Virus record (IMG/VR): IMGVR_UViG_3300026272_000002
Location: 1 to 39,138 of that record
Source of the DNA: a virus
Length of the DNA stretch: 39,138 nt
Strand: one strand, 5' to 3'
Part shown: piece after piece, positions 32,572 through 38,943 of the stretch
Layout of the letters: each line of letters opens with the position of its first letter
How positions within the stretch are numbered: position 1 is the first letter of the stretch
Program-made: the position numbers and the translations under genes
Notes under the pieces: model-generated
The model's database searches: none
What the model was told of the DNA's origin: nothing
The model's input: only the letters and a program-made list of their open reading frames with translations

Positions 32572-33104
32572 CACGCTGGCTCCTTGCGCATGATTCGCTT
32601 GAGAAGCTTTCCAGAGTCAGACTTGGCGCGAACGCGCAGACGATGAAGCCAATCGTGAATCGTGGGCAGAAGCGCACGAATCTTCGGCTCGATTTCCTGC
32701 ATTTCGCTTTCGGATAGATGCCCGTCAATCAGTGCGTCGGTGGATGCAGACACTGCGGCACCAAATTGCGACATCGCACGGAACACGACGCGCTGGATTT
32801 CTTCCTCGCTGATGTCGCCGCCGTCCGCGTCTGGAATTGGAATGCAAACAAGGCCCAAGCGGTACGCCATCGCATGCAAAGCCGAGAGCGCGTCAGGAAC
32901 GCCAGAACTGTTGCACAGCTCCATGACGACGGCGGCATCCTCAAAGCTGGAATTATTTGCCCTCTCCATCGGCGACAGCTTTTTATAAAGCAGCTTTGGA
33001 TTCATCTCCATGCGATGTGCAAGTGCAGGAATACCGCCTGGATAAGCGCGCGCCGCGTTGTACAGGCAGTCGTGCTGGTCGGTGTCGCCGTATTTGTAGG
33101 TCAT
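32571..33104 (-). CDS. CII-like early regulatory protein (Phage_CP76-type; 177 aa)
   Basis: It is the second gene after cro. ATG 33104 follows AAAGGA. The N-terminal part YNAARAYPGGIPALAHRMEMNPKLLYKKLSP resembles CII/CP76-family regulators (recalled from memory). Confidence 0.55.
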   Translation of the reverse strand: MTYKYGDTDQHDCLYNAARAYPGGIPALAHRMEMNPKLLYKKLSPMERANNSSFEDAAVVMELCNSSGVPDALSALHAMAYRLGLVCIPIPDADGGDISEEEIQRVVFRAMSQFGAAVSASTDALIDGHLSESEMQEIEPKIRALLPTIHDWLHRLRVRAKSDSGKLLKRIMRKEPA

Positions 33105-33188
33105 GGGGAAAATCCTTTTTTTATTCCTGATGCGCAATTGATGCAGTGCGGCTAAAGTTCAGTCATGGAAACTCATGACACGACAAAA

Positions 33189-33392
33189 TTAAGCGACAGA
33201 GCGTCGGCGCTTCGTACTCTTATGAAGTGCGACCAGCTTCTGACCAAGTTCAAAATTGGGAGACGTCGTGACACCTCGCGCCAATTCGCTAATAGTCGAT
33301 TGACCGCAGCCGCAATACTCAGCAACAGCAACCTGAGTTTTCCCGGCCTCGAAGATCTCGGAAAGAAGTTTTGTCCAGTTCATGATCCACAT
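33189..33392 (-). CDS. Cro-like HTH regulator (64-67 aa)
   Basis: HTH motif KTQVAVAEYCGCGQSTISELARG. It is divergent from the CI-like gene. The start is either ATG 33392 or ATG 33383, and the latter would fit a nearly leaderless transcript. Confidence 0.75.
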   Translation of the reverse strand: MWIMNWTKLLSEIFEAGKTQVAVAEYCGCGQSTISELARGVTTSPNFELGQKLVALHKSTKRRRSVA

Positions 33393-33419
33393 TATTATCG
33401 GTCACCCGATATTAGTCAA
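33393..33419 (-). promoter_or_regulatory. Early lytic promoter (PR-like): TTGACT ... GATAAT/TAATAA
   Basis: The minus strand reads CGCTTGACTaatatcgggtgaccGATAATaATG. The -35 context is identical to that of the promoter at 34256. The spacing to the best -10 is short (14 nt), so the exact hexamers are uncertain. Confidence 0.4.
33396..33411. promoter_or_regulatory. Operator, perfect palindrome TATCGG-tcac-CCGATA
   Basis: 6-4-6 inverted repeat inside the PR-like promoter, with the same half-sites as the site at 34267-34282. Confidence 0.65.
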
Positions 33420-33433
33420 GCGGAATACCGTTT
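33418..33433. promoter_or_regulatory. Operator variant AAGCGG-aata-CCGTTT (core CGGAATACCG)
   Basis: It shares the CGG-N4-CCG core and abuts the -35 hexamer in the same way as the site at 34242-34257. Confidence 0.5.
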
Positions 33434-33457
33434 AAGATTATCGGTAGACTGCAAACC

Positions 33458-33880
33458 ATGAATACGAAAGGTCGATCAGCGTTTGGATTGCGCTTGGTAC
33501 AGGCAAGAAAACACGCCAAACTCACGCAAGAAGTTGCGGCAAAGCGCGCAGGAATGGCGCAGTCAACGCTTGGGGAATTGGAAATGGAAGGTCAGGGTTC
33601 GACTTTCACTGCTCAGTTGGCAGAGATTTATTCTGTGAACCCCAATTGGCTTGCAACTGGGAGAGGCGAGATGCTTGGAAAGGATGTTGAGGCTGCTCCT
33701 CCCAGAGTGGCTACAGTCCTTCCCATACCGGCACCTGAGAATCAAGAACTCAATGACGCCATCAGGCTTCTTGAGCTATTCTCCCAGGCATCGGCTAACG
33801 GCAAATCATTTATTCTTACGGCGGCCATCAATGCTGAAAAGGCTTCCGGAAGAAAGCGCAGCACCAGTACCCGCGACTAG
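33458..33880 (+). CDS. CI-like repressor, XRE-family HTH, 140 aa, without a peptidase S24 domain
   Basis: HTH motif LTQEVAAKRAGMAQSTLGELE. The short C-terminal region has no Ala-Gly/Ser-Lys autocleavage module. The gene is divergent from cro-like. Confidence 0.8.
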   Translation: MNTKGRSAFGLRLVQARKHAKLTQEVAAKRAGMAQSTLGELEMEGQGSTFTAQLAEIYSVNPNWLATGRGEMLGKDVEAAPPRVATVLPIPAPENQELNDAIRLLELFSQASANGKSFILTAAINAEKASGRKRSTSTRD

Positions 33881-34009
33881 CTTGAGAGGCGCACGATATT
33901 CATGATGGTGTGCCGCCCTGTCCTTAGCCAGCATCAGCAGCATATTCCTATCTGATGCCGACATCCCCCTGAAAGCTGTAATAAGTTCGCTTTCTTGTCT
34001 CTTCTGCAT
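33806..34009 (-). CDS. Small ORF (67 codons) convergent with and overlapping the repressor gene
   Basis: Strong RBS GGGGAGGAAG 5 nt before ATG 34009. Its last 75 nt are antisense to the 3' end of the repressor gene. An SOS box lies 92 nt upstream. Confidence 0.5.
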   Translation of the reverse strand: MQKRQESELITAFRGMSASDRNMLLMLAKDRAAHHHEYRAPLKLVAGTGAALSSGSLFSIDGRRKNK

Positions 34010-34100
34010 ACCGTCTTCCTCCCCTTCGAATTATCAAAATAAGCAAAGACCCACTACTTGCGTGGTTCAAAGCATGATGCCTTTTGGGGAACGAAAGTAG

Positions 34101-34120
34101 TACTGTGTTTACGTACAGTC
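34101..34120. promoter_or_regulatory. SOS (LexA-type) box TACTGTGTTTACGTACAGTC
   Basis: CTGT (34103-06), N8, ACAG (34115-18). It lies in the non-coding immunity region and overlaps a possible plus-strand promoter, TTTACG (34108-13)-16 nt-TAAAAT (34130-35). Confidence 0.55.
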
Positions 34121-34241
34121 TAAATCAATTAAAATCGAAAAACCATGAAATTTTTCATCGGTTATTGATATTGCTCATCTCTTAACGATCTAGCGAATTT
34201 CACCGGCAGAAAATATGCCATGCAAAATATTTTTTAAAAAA

Positions 34242-34257
34242 TATCGGAATACCGCTT
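34242..34257. promoter_or_regulatory. Operator variant TATCGG-aata-CCGCTT
   Basis: CGGAATACCG core identical to 33421-33430. It abuts the -35 hexamer. Confidence 0.5.
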
Positions 34258-34284
34258 GACTTCATTTATCGGTTGTCCGATACT
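34256..34284 (+). promoter_or_regulatory. Early promoter of the recombination/integration operon (PL-like): TTGACT-17 nt-GATACT
   Basis: Hexamers at 34256-61 and 34279-84 with a 17-nt spacer. An operator palindrome fills the spacer and the -10. Confidence 0.6.
34267..34282. promoter_or_regulatory. Operator, perfect palindrome TATCGG-ttgt-CCGATA
   Basis: Same half-sites as 33396-33411. It overlaps the -10. Confidence 0.65.
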
Positions 34285-34340
34285 TCAATCACACCAAGCG
34301 AAATACACAAATCGCAACCAATAACCAGATGGAGTTGAGC

Positions 34341-34679
34341 ATGAGTACAAAAAATATCGCAATCGAACGCGCAGTTGTCCTGCTTAACGCAGCTGGCGTG
34401 CACTACAAAATCGTCGCGCCAGATGGCCAGGAATTTGGCGATCTGGAAACCAAGCCCGTTGGTAGCTACAAGAAGACTGGCATCAAATACAAATCCATTT
34501 ATCACGAAAAGATGGCTGCAATGAATGTTGGCGACGTCGCCGAATTCAAGCCAGTCGATGGAATGCCTGTGTCCAATCTTCGCGGCGCTATTGCCTCTCA
34601 TGCAAGTGCTTCTTGGGGCAAGGGGGGGCATATCTCCAGCATCAAGGGCGACACAGTTGAACTGCTGCGCGTCCAGTAA
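34341..34679 (+). CDS. Hypothetical early protein (112 aa)
   Basis: ATG 34341 lies 6 nt after GGAG, within the shared AGATGGAG initiation context. It is the first gene after the PL-like promoter. Confidence 0.7.
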   Translation: MSTKNIAIERAVVLLNAAGVHYKIVAPDGQEFGDLETKPVGSYKKTGIKYKSIYHEKMAAMNVGDVAEFKPVDGMPVSNLRGAIASHASASWGKGGHISSIKGDTVELLRVQ

Positions 34680-34725
34680 TACACCAAACGCAAAGCACCG
34701 CGCAACTAGATAGATGGAGATGGAG

Positions 34726-34977
34726 ATGGATCACGGAATTCTGAACGTGCCGCTGGCTAAGCGCGGAAACATCGATGCACAGATCGACGCATACAAAGCG
34801 AAGTTGGCCAAAGAAGAAACAAAAGAGCCGTTGCGCAATGGCGTTCTTCATCTCTGCAAAGGCGGTATGCCACGTGTGTTCGCTAACGCAAAACAAGCGG
34901 AAGCTTCTGCGCAACGTACTGGCGGTGAAACATATCAGTCAGCCCAGTCGCGCCGATTCATGGTGCGTTTTGCCTAA
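34726..34977 (+). CDS. Hypothetical early protein (83 aa)
   Basis: Third in-frame ATG, 5 nt after GGAGA. It is preceded by the 12-nt GATAGATGGAGA that also precedes the next gene. Confidence 0.65.
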   Translation: MDHGILNVPLAKRGNIDAQIDAYKAKLAKEETKEPLRNGVLHLCKGGMPRVFANAKQAEASAQRTGGETYQSAQSRRFMVRFA

Positions 34978-35002
34978 CCCTACCTGATAGATGGAGAGCG
35001 AG

Positions 35003-35146
35003 ATGATCTGCGCAACTTGCGGCGGCTACGTAATCTGGAAAGGCCCATGGTCAAACCTGACTCACACCGAATGCCAAGACTGCGGTCGTCTCAACAATCA
35101 GATTTCGGACTCGATTGAGGACGATGACGAAGAGACTGACGAATGA
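35003..35146 (+). CDS. Zinc-ribbon micro-protein (47 aa; CxxC...CxxC, acidic tail)
   Basis: Hand translation: MICATCGGYVIWKGPWSNLTHTECQDCGRLNNQISDSIEDDDEETDE. It is preceded by GATAGATGGAGA and is below the track cutoff. Confidence 0.6.
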   Translation: MICATCGGYVIWKGPWSNLTHTECQDCGRLNNQISDSIEDDDEETDE

Positions 35147-35704
35147 CCTGCCAATACGCAAACCAAACACTGGCCTAGACCGAGAGGTTCGAAGCGCAAG
35201 CCGGAATCAGTGTCCGGCACCTTTGGCAGCATACGTCATCTGGCCGTCATTCGACACACCAGATCAGAAACTGCACGTGACCATTCGAAAGAATGGCAAC
35301 ACGTCTGAGGATTTCAGTTGTAACCGCCTCGCTCAATCGTATCCGGAAGTAATTCCGGTGTCATGGGGCCGAAGCCCTCAGTCGTGTTGACAGTTATTTT
35401 GGCGAAACGGCCTCAGCCGAAAAGGCCGCAACTTTATATGGAGGCCATATGGACAAGCGACCACGCGCATAACAAACGTAAACCTCCGCCGCGATAGTGC
35501 GGAGGGCCAATATCTCATCCTTTGAGCACCAGCATGCTGGATCGCAAACTCTGTGACGGAGTGGGATGAGATGTTGGCAACCGCATGACTGGATCTGATC
35601 GGCTAGTACCCGATCCGTTTAAAGGACAAGCCCACGGCTGACTCAGTACGTAGCGGTGAAGGTAGCCCGGTCTGCCAACTTCAATTTATAGGGAGAGAAG
35701 AAAA
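35147..35704 (+). ncRNA. Candidate large structured non-coding RNA region (class unknown)
   Basis: A 558-nt segment without a credible ORF in a genome that is otherwise gap-free. It holds about 12 perfect 5-7-bp helices, two of them capped by GNRA tetraloops (GAAA 35287-90, GUAA 35349-52), and two domain-closing 7-bp helices. Confidence 0.45.
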
Positions 35705-35791
35705 ATGCAAAGCGCTCTTGTTTCAGCTGTTCTCGTTCTGATGTCGACCGTCGACTACCTGCTTGATTTTGCCTTGATGGTGCTGCCATGA
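35705..35791 (+). CDS. Micro-ORF, 28-aa hydrophobic peptide (MQSALVSAVLVLMSTVDYLLDFALMVLP)
   Basis: GGGAGAGAAG RBS. The stop overlaps the next ATG (ATGA). Confidence 0.5.
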   Translation: MQSALVSAVLVLMSTVDYLLDFALMVLP

Positions 35792-35904
35792 AGACGATTG
35801 CAATCATCTTGATCCTTCTTTCGGTGTACGTAGCTGGCATTGCAACGCCGTTCGTGTACTTCGCCTGCGCCGATGACATTCAAGTTGCTGGAGCCGCCAA
35901 ATGA
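35788..35904 (+). CDS. Micro-ORF, 38-aa single-TM peptide (MKTIAIILILLSVYVAGIATPFVYFACADDIQVAGAAK)
   Basis: ATGA overlaps on both sides. Confidence 0.5.
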   Translation: MKTIAIILILLSVYVAGIATPFVYFACADDIQVAGAAK

Positions 35905-36137
35905 AGCCCTACACCCGCTTCCTCTTCCGCCGCGCACGCCGCGTTGCCCTGATCTGGATTGCTGCGCTTGGAGTTGCATACGGCCTAGGCGCAATGAAGG
36001 GCATCGAAGAACGCAAGAACGCTGCCGCAGCCAGCGAAGCAAAGATGGCAAAGCGCATCGGCGACAAATGGCCGGAGCTGCTGAGCAAAGCTGAATATAT
36101 GACCGGGATGCCGGTAACGCAAACTGAAAGGAAATGA
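35901..36137 (+). CDS. Small membrane-anchored protein (78 aa, N-terminal TM)
   Basis: ATGA overlap upstream. TM segment VALIWIAALGVAYGLGAM. Confidence 0.65.
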   Translation: MKPYTRFLFRRARRVALIWIAALGVAYGLGAMKGIEERKNAAAASEAKMAKRIGDKWPELLSKAEYMTGMPVTQTERK

Positions 36138-36138
36138 G

Positions 36139-37290
36139 ATGGAAGTCGCAGAAAAGCCAAAGACTGAACTTAGCCTGCCTCAGCGTGCTGCCGTTGCTTT
36201 GGGTAGCTCCGAGTTGGAACTGAGCCTCAAGGCGCTCGCCAAGAAGCATGCCGATATCGTCGCCGTGACTGATGGAACAAGCCGTGACCAAGTCCACGGC
36301 GCCGCAATGACGCTCAAGAGCAACCGTGTTGCCATCCAGAAGACGGCAAAGGCAGCGCGTGAGGATGCTACAGCGTTTCAGAAAGCGGTAATCGCCGAAG
36401 AAAACCGCCTGGTCGATATCATCGAGCCGGAAGAAAAGCGCCTGCTGGAACTGCGCGATGGCTACGACGCCAAGGTGCAGGCAGAGCGTGAAGCCAAGAT
36501 CGCTGCCGAGCGTGCGCGCATCGACGCAATCAAGGCCCGTATTGCTTTCATCGCAAATGCTCCGCTCACCGCCGTCGGTCTGCCATCGGTCGGCATTGAC
36601 CGCATCATTCAATCTTTGCTGGCTGAGGTTTTGGACGAAAGCTACGAAGAGTTTCTGCCGGAAGCATTGGCCGCACATACCAAGGCGTTGCAGCAATTGC
36701 AATCTGCTGTCGAGACAGCCCTGAATGCTGAGAAGCTGGCGGCACAGGAAGCCGCAGCACGAGCCGCCGAAGCACAGCGTATTGCAGCCGAACGCGAAGA
36801 GCTGGCAAAGCAGCGCCAAGCTCAAGAGGCCGTAGCAGAAGCCTCGCGCCTCGCACTGGAAGCCGAGCGTGCAGAACTCGCTAAGCAACGTGCTGCCGCT
36901 GATGAAGCCGCTGCTGCTCAACGCAAGATCGAGGAAGACAAGCTGGCTGAGCAACGCGCGGAACTCAAGAAGCAGCAGGATGCTATCGATGCCACGCGCC
37001 GTGAGCAAGAAGAAGCCGCGCGCGCCGCACAAGCCAAGATTGACGCCGAAGTTAAGGCCGCTGCCGACGCCGAGGCGAAGCGCTTGCAAGATGCTGCTGA
37101 TGAAGTATTGGCTCAAGAGCAAGCAGCAGCACAAGCAAAGAAGGAAGCTGAAGACGAGCAGCACATGGCAGAAGTGCATGCCGATATCGCTTCGGATCTG
37201 GTAACGAATGGATTCAGCACAGAGCAAGCCTCTGAACTGGTCGCGTTGATCCGCGCAGACAAGATCACAAACCTCTACATCCAATACTGA
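36139..37290 (+). CDS. Ala/Glu-rich coiled-coil protein (383 aa; DUF1351-like position next to the recombinase)
   Basis: Long ORF with an ATG 1 nt after the upstream stop. The central about 200 aa are AE/Q/K-rich helix. The family assignment is only positional and compositional. Confidence 0.7.
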   Translation: MEVAEKPKTELSLPQRAAVALGSSELELSLKALAKKHADIVAVTDGTSRDQVHGAAMTLKSNRVAIQKTAKAAREDATAFQKAVIAEENRLVDIIEPEEKRLLELRDGYDAKVQAEREAKIAAERARIDAIKARIAFIANAPLTAVGLPSVGIDRIIQSLLAEVLDESYEEFLPEALAAHTKALQQLQSAVETALNAEKLAAQEAAARAAEAQRIAAEREELAKQRQAQEAVAEASRLALEAERAELAKQRAAADEAAAAQRKIEEDKLAEQRAELKKQQDAIDATRREQEEAARAAQAKIDAEVKAAADAEAKRLQDAADEVLAQEQAAAQAKKEAEDEQHMAEVHADIASDLVTNGFSTEQASELVALIRADKITNLYIQY

Positions 37291-37297
37291 GAAGACT

Positions 37298-38290
37298 ATG
37301 GCAAACGAAGTCATTGAAATGCGCCAGCGCGAAACTGCTGGCCTTGTGGCCGGCGAGGTGAATCGCTTCTCCGTCGCCGAGATTCGCGAACGCGTCAATC
37401 TGGTTCAACAGGTGATGCAGGCAATCATGAAGAAGGATACGCACTACGGCACCATTCCGGGAACACCGAAGCCGACGCTGTACAAGCCTGGTGCGGAAGT
37501 TTTGTGCGTTACTTTCCGGATCGCGCCTAGCTACTCCATTGAAGACCTCAGCGATGAGCTAACCGCGCGCTATCGCATCACATGTCACGGCACTCATCAA
37601 GTTACTGGGATATCGCTTGGTGATGGTTTGGGTGAATGCTCGTCGGCTGAAGAAAAGTACAAATGGCGCGAAGCTGTTTGCGCGGAAGAATTCGATTTGA
37701 CGCCGGAAACAATGCGGCGGCTGAAGTTTAAAAAATATCAAAACAACGTAACAAAGAAAACTCAAGTCCGTACTGAAGCGGCAGACCTGTCGAATACCGT
37801 TCTGAAGATGGCGTGCAAGCGCGCCATGATCGCAATGACGCTGAACGTCACTGCTGCAAGCGACATCTTTACCCAAGATATCGAAGACTTGCCGGAAGAA
37901 CTGCGCGCCCAAGAAGTCGGCGAGCCTGTTCTATCGGAACTCGCTAACACATGGGTTGCCAAGGCCAACGCCGCCACCACAGCTGCCGCTCTGGAGCTGG
38001 TCTGGAAAGATGGCGTCAAGGCCATCAACGAAGCAAAGGACGTATCTGCCTCCAATGCATTCAAGGCGGCAGTCACGGCGCGCGGCACAGCATTGAAGGC
38101 AGCTACAGCCCAAGTTGGCCCGCTTCCCCCAGAACTTGAAGGCTTGGTGGCCGATCTTGAGTCTGCCGCTGATGAAGGCGTCGACGCGCTTACAACCGCT
38201 TGGGACAGCCTTTCGCCGGAAACAAAGGACAAGATCCAGCAATTTCACGCCGCACTCGTCGCGCGCGCCAACAAGGGAGTCAAGAAATGA
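37298..38290 (+). CDS. Single-strand annealing protein-like recombinase (330 aa; family unresolved)
   Basis: It lies between the coiled-coil gene and the YqaJ-type exonuclease plus SSB. Motifs HYGTIPGTPKPTLYKPGAEVL and VLKMACKRAMIAMTL are reminiscent of phage SSAPs. Confidence 0.55.
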   Translation: MANEVIEMRQRETAGLVAGEVNRFSVAEIRERVNLVQQVMQAIMKKDTHYGTIPGTPKPTLYKPGAEVLCVTFRIAPSYSIEDLSDELTARYRITCHGTHQVTGISLGDGLGECSSAEEKYKWREAVCAEEFDLTPETMRRLKFKKYQNNVTKKTQVRTEAADLSNTVLKMACKRAMIAMTLNVTAASDIFTQDIEDLPEELRAQEVGEPVLSELANTWVAKANAATTAAALELVWKDGVKAINEAKDVSASNAFKAAVTARGTALKAATAQVGPLPPELEGLVADLESAADEGVDALTTAWDSLSPETKDKIQQFHAALVARANKGVKK

Positions 38291-38943
38291 AGTTCATCCA
38301 ATGCCAACAGGGATCACCAGAATGGCACCAGGCGCGTGCTGGCGTAATCACTGCCTCTTGCTTCGCAGACGCGGTATCGGTGCTTACAAGGGCATCCGGA
38401 AAGCGCAAAGCAGGCGATTTCTCCGCTGCATCAGATAAGTACGCAGCAGACCTGGCAATCGAACGCATCAGCCAGAAGCCATACGGCGCACCGGTGAAGG
38501 CGTGGACTTTGGAGCGCGGCCACGAAATGGAGCGTCTTGCACGTATGGCATATGAGGCACGCACAGGCCAAATGGCGAACGAATCTGGACTCGTCCTTAC
38601 CGAGGACGATTTGTTCGGCTACAGCACTGACGGATTCGTCGGCGATGTAGGCCTGATTGAAATCAAGGCTCCGGTCGACAGCTTGATCATTACCAACATT
38701 CTGGATACAGGCGATGTATCTGACTACATGCACCAGATGCAAGGCGGCATGTGGATCACCGGGCGCAAGTGGTGCGACTTCGTGATGTATGTGCCTGACT
38801 TGGAGCCGGTCAACAAACACCTGTATGTGAAGCGCATACACCGCGATGACGAGTTCATCGACAAGATGGTTCCGCAACTGGCAGCTTTTGCCGAGCGTGT
38901 AGCCAAGCAAGAAGCACTTTTCCGCATGAAAGAGGCAGCGTAA
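38287..38943 (+). CDS. YqaJ-like (lambda Exo-type, PD-(D/E)XK) recombination exonuclease
   Basis: ATGA overlap upstream. N-terminal signature [19 protein letters not shown], with ...GYSTDGFV...LIEIKAP... as the PD-ExK core. Confidence 0.8.
   Translation: MKFIQCQQGSPEWHQARAGVITASCFADAVSVLTRASGKRKAGDFSAASDKYAADLAIERISQKPYGAPVKAWTLERGHEMERLARMAYEARTGQMANESGLVLTEDDLFGYSTDGFVGDVGLIEIKAPVDSLIITNILDTGDVSDYMHQMQGGMWITGRKWCDFVMYVPDLEPVNKHLYVKRIHRDDEFIDKMVPQLAAFAERVAKQEALFRMKEAA

Noticed and set aside
33162-33179. Hairpin GTCATG-6 nt-CATGAC between the cro-like and CII-like genes (nut/boxB-like or tR1-like position)
   Set aside because: No N-like protein, boxA or T-tract was identified. A single 6-bp palindrome is not enough evidence.
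34226-34243. AT-only palindrome ATATTTTTTAAAAAATAT upstream of the PL-like promoter
   Set aside because: It has no GC stem, so it is not a terminator. It is most likely UP-element or bent DNA, or an IHF-type region, and cannot be distinguished by sequence alone.
35275-35311. Similarity of CCAUUCGAAAGAAUGG to the GNRA hairpin of the c-di-GMP-I riboswitch, and a CUGAGGA string resembling the hammerhead CUGANGA box
   Set aside because: The flanking conserved elements are absent: ACGCAAAGCC and GCGGGGUUACC for GEMM-I, and a stem II followed by GAAA plus a cleavage-site helix for a hammerhead.
35115-35390. 91-aa plus-strand ORF covering the first part of the non-coding segment
   Set aside because: It starts inside the Zn-ribbon gene in another frame, has no RBS, and has an odd composition. 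The same nucleotides form several perfect hairpins, so it is treated as part of the candidate RNA region.
35223-35590. TGGCA-containing words (TTGGCAG, GTTGGCAA) as possible sigma-54 -24 elements
   Set aside because: No TTGC(A/T) -12 element lies at the required 5-nt spacing. The words are better explained as complementary arms of RNA helices.
35755-37398. 547-aa ORF on the minus strand
   Set aside because: It is the antisense shadow of the GC-skewed Ala/Glu-rich coiled-coil gene and has a Cys/Leu/Ser-rich nonsense composition. The plus-strand genes here have coupled starts and RBSs.
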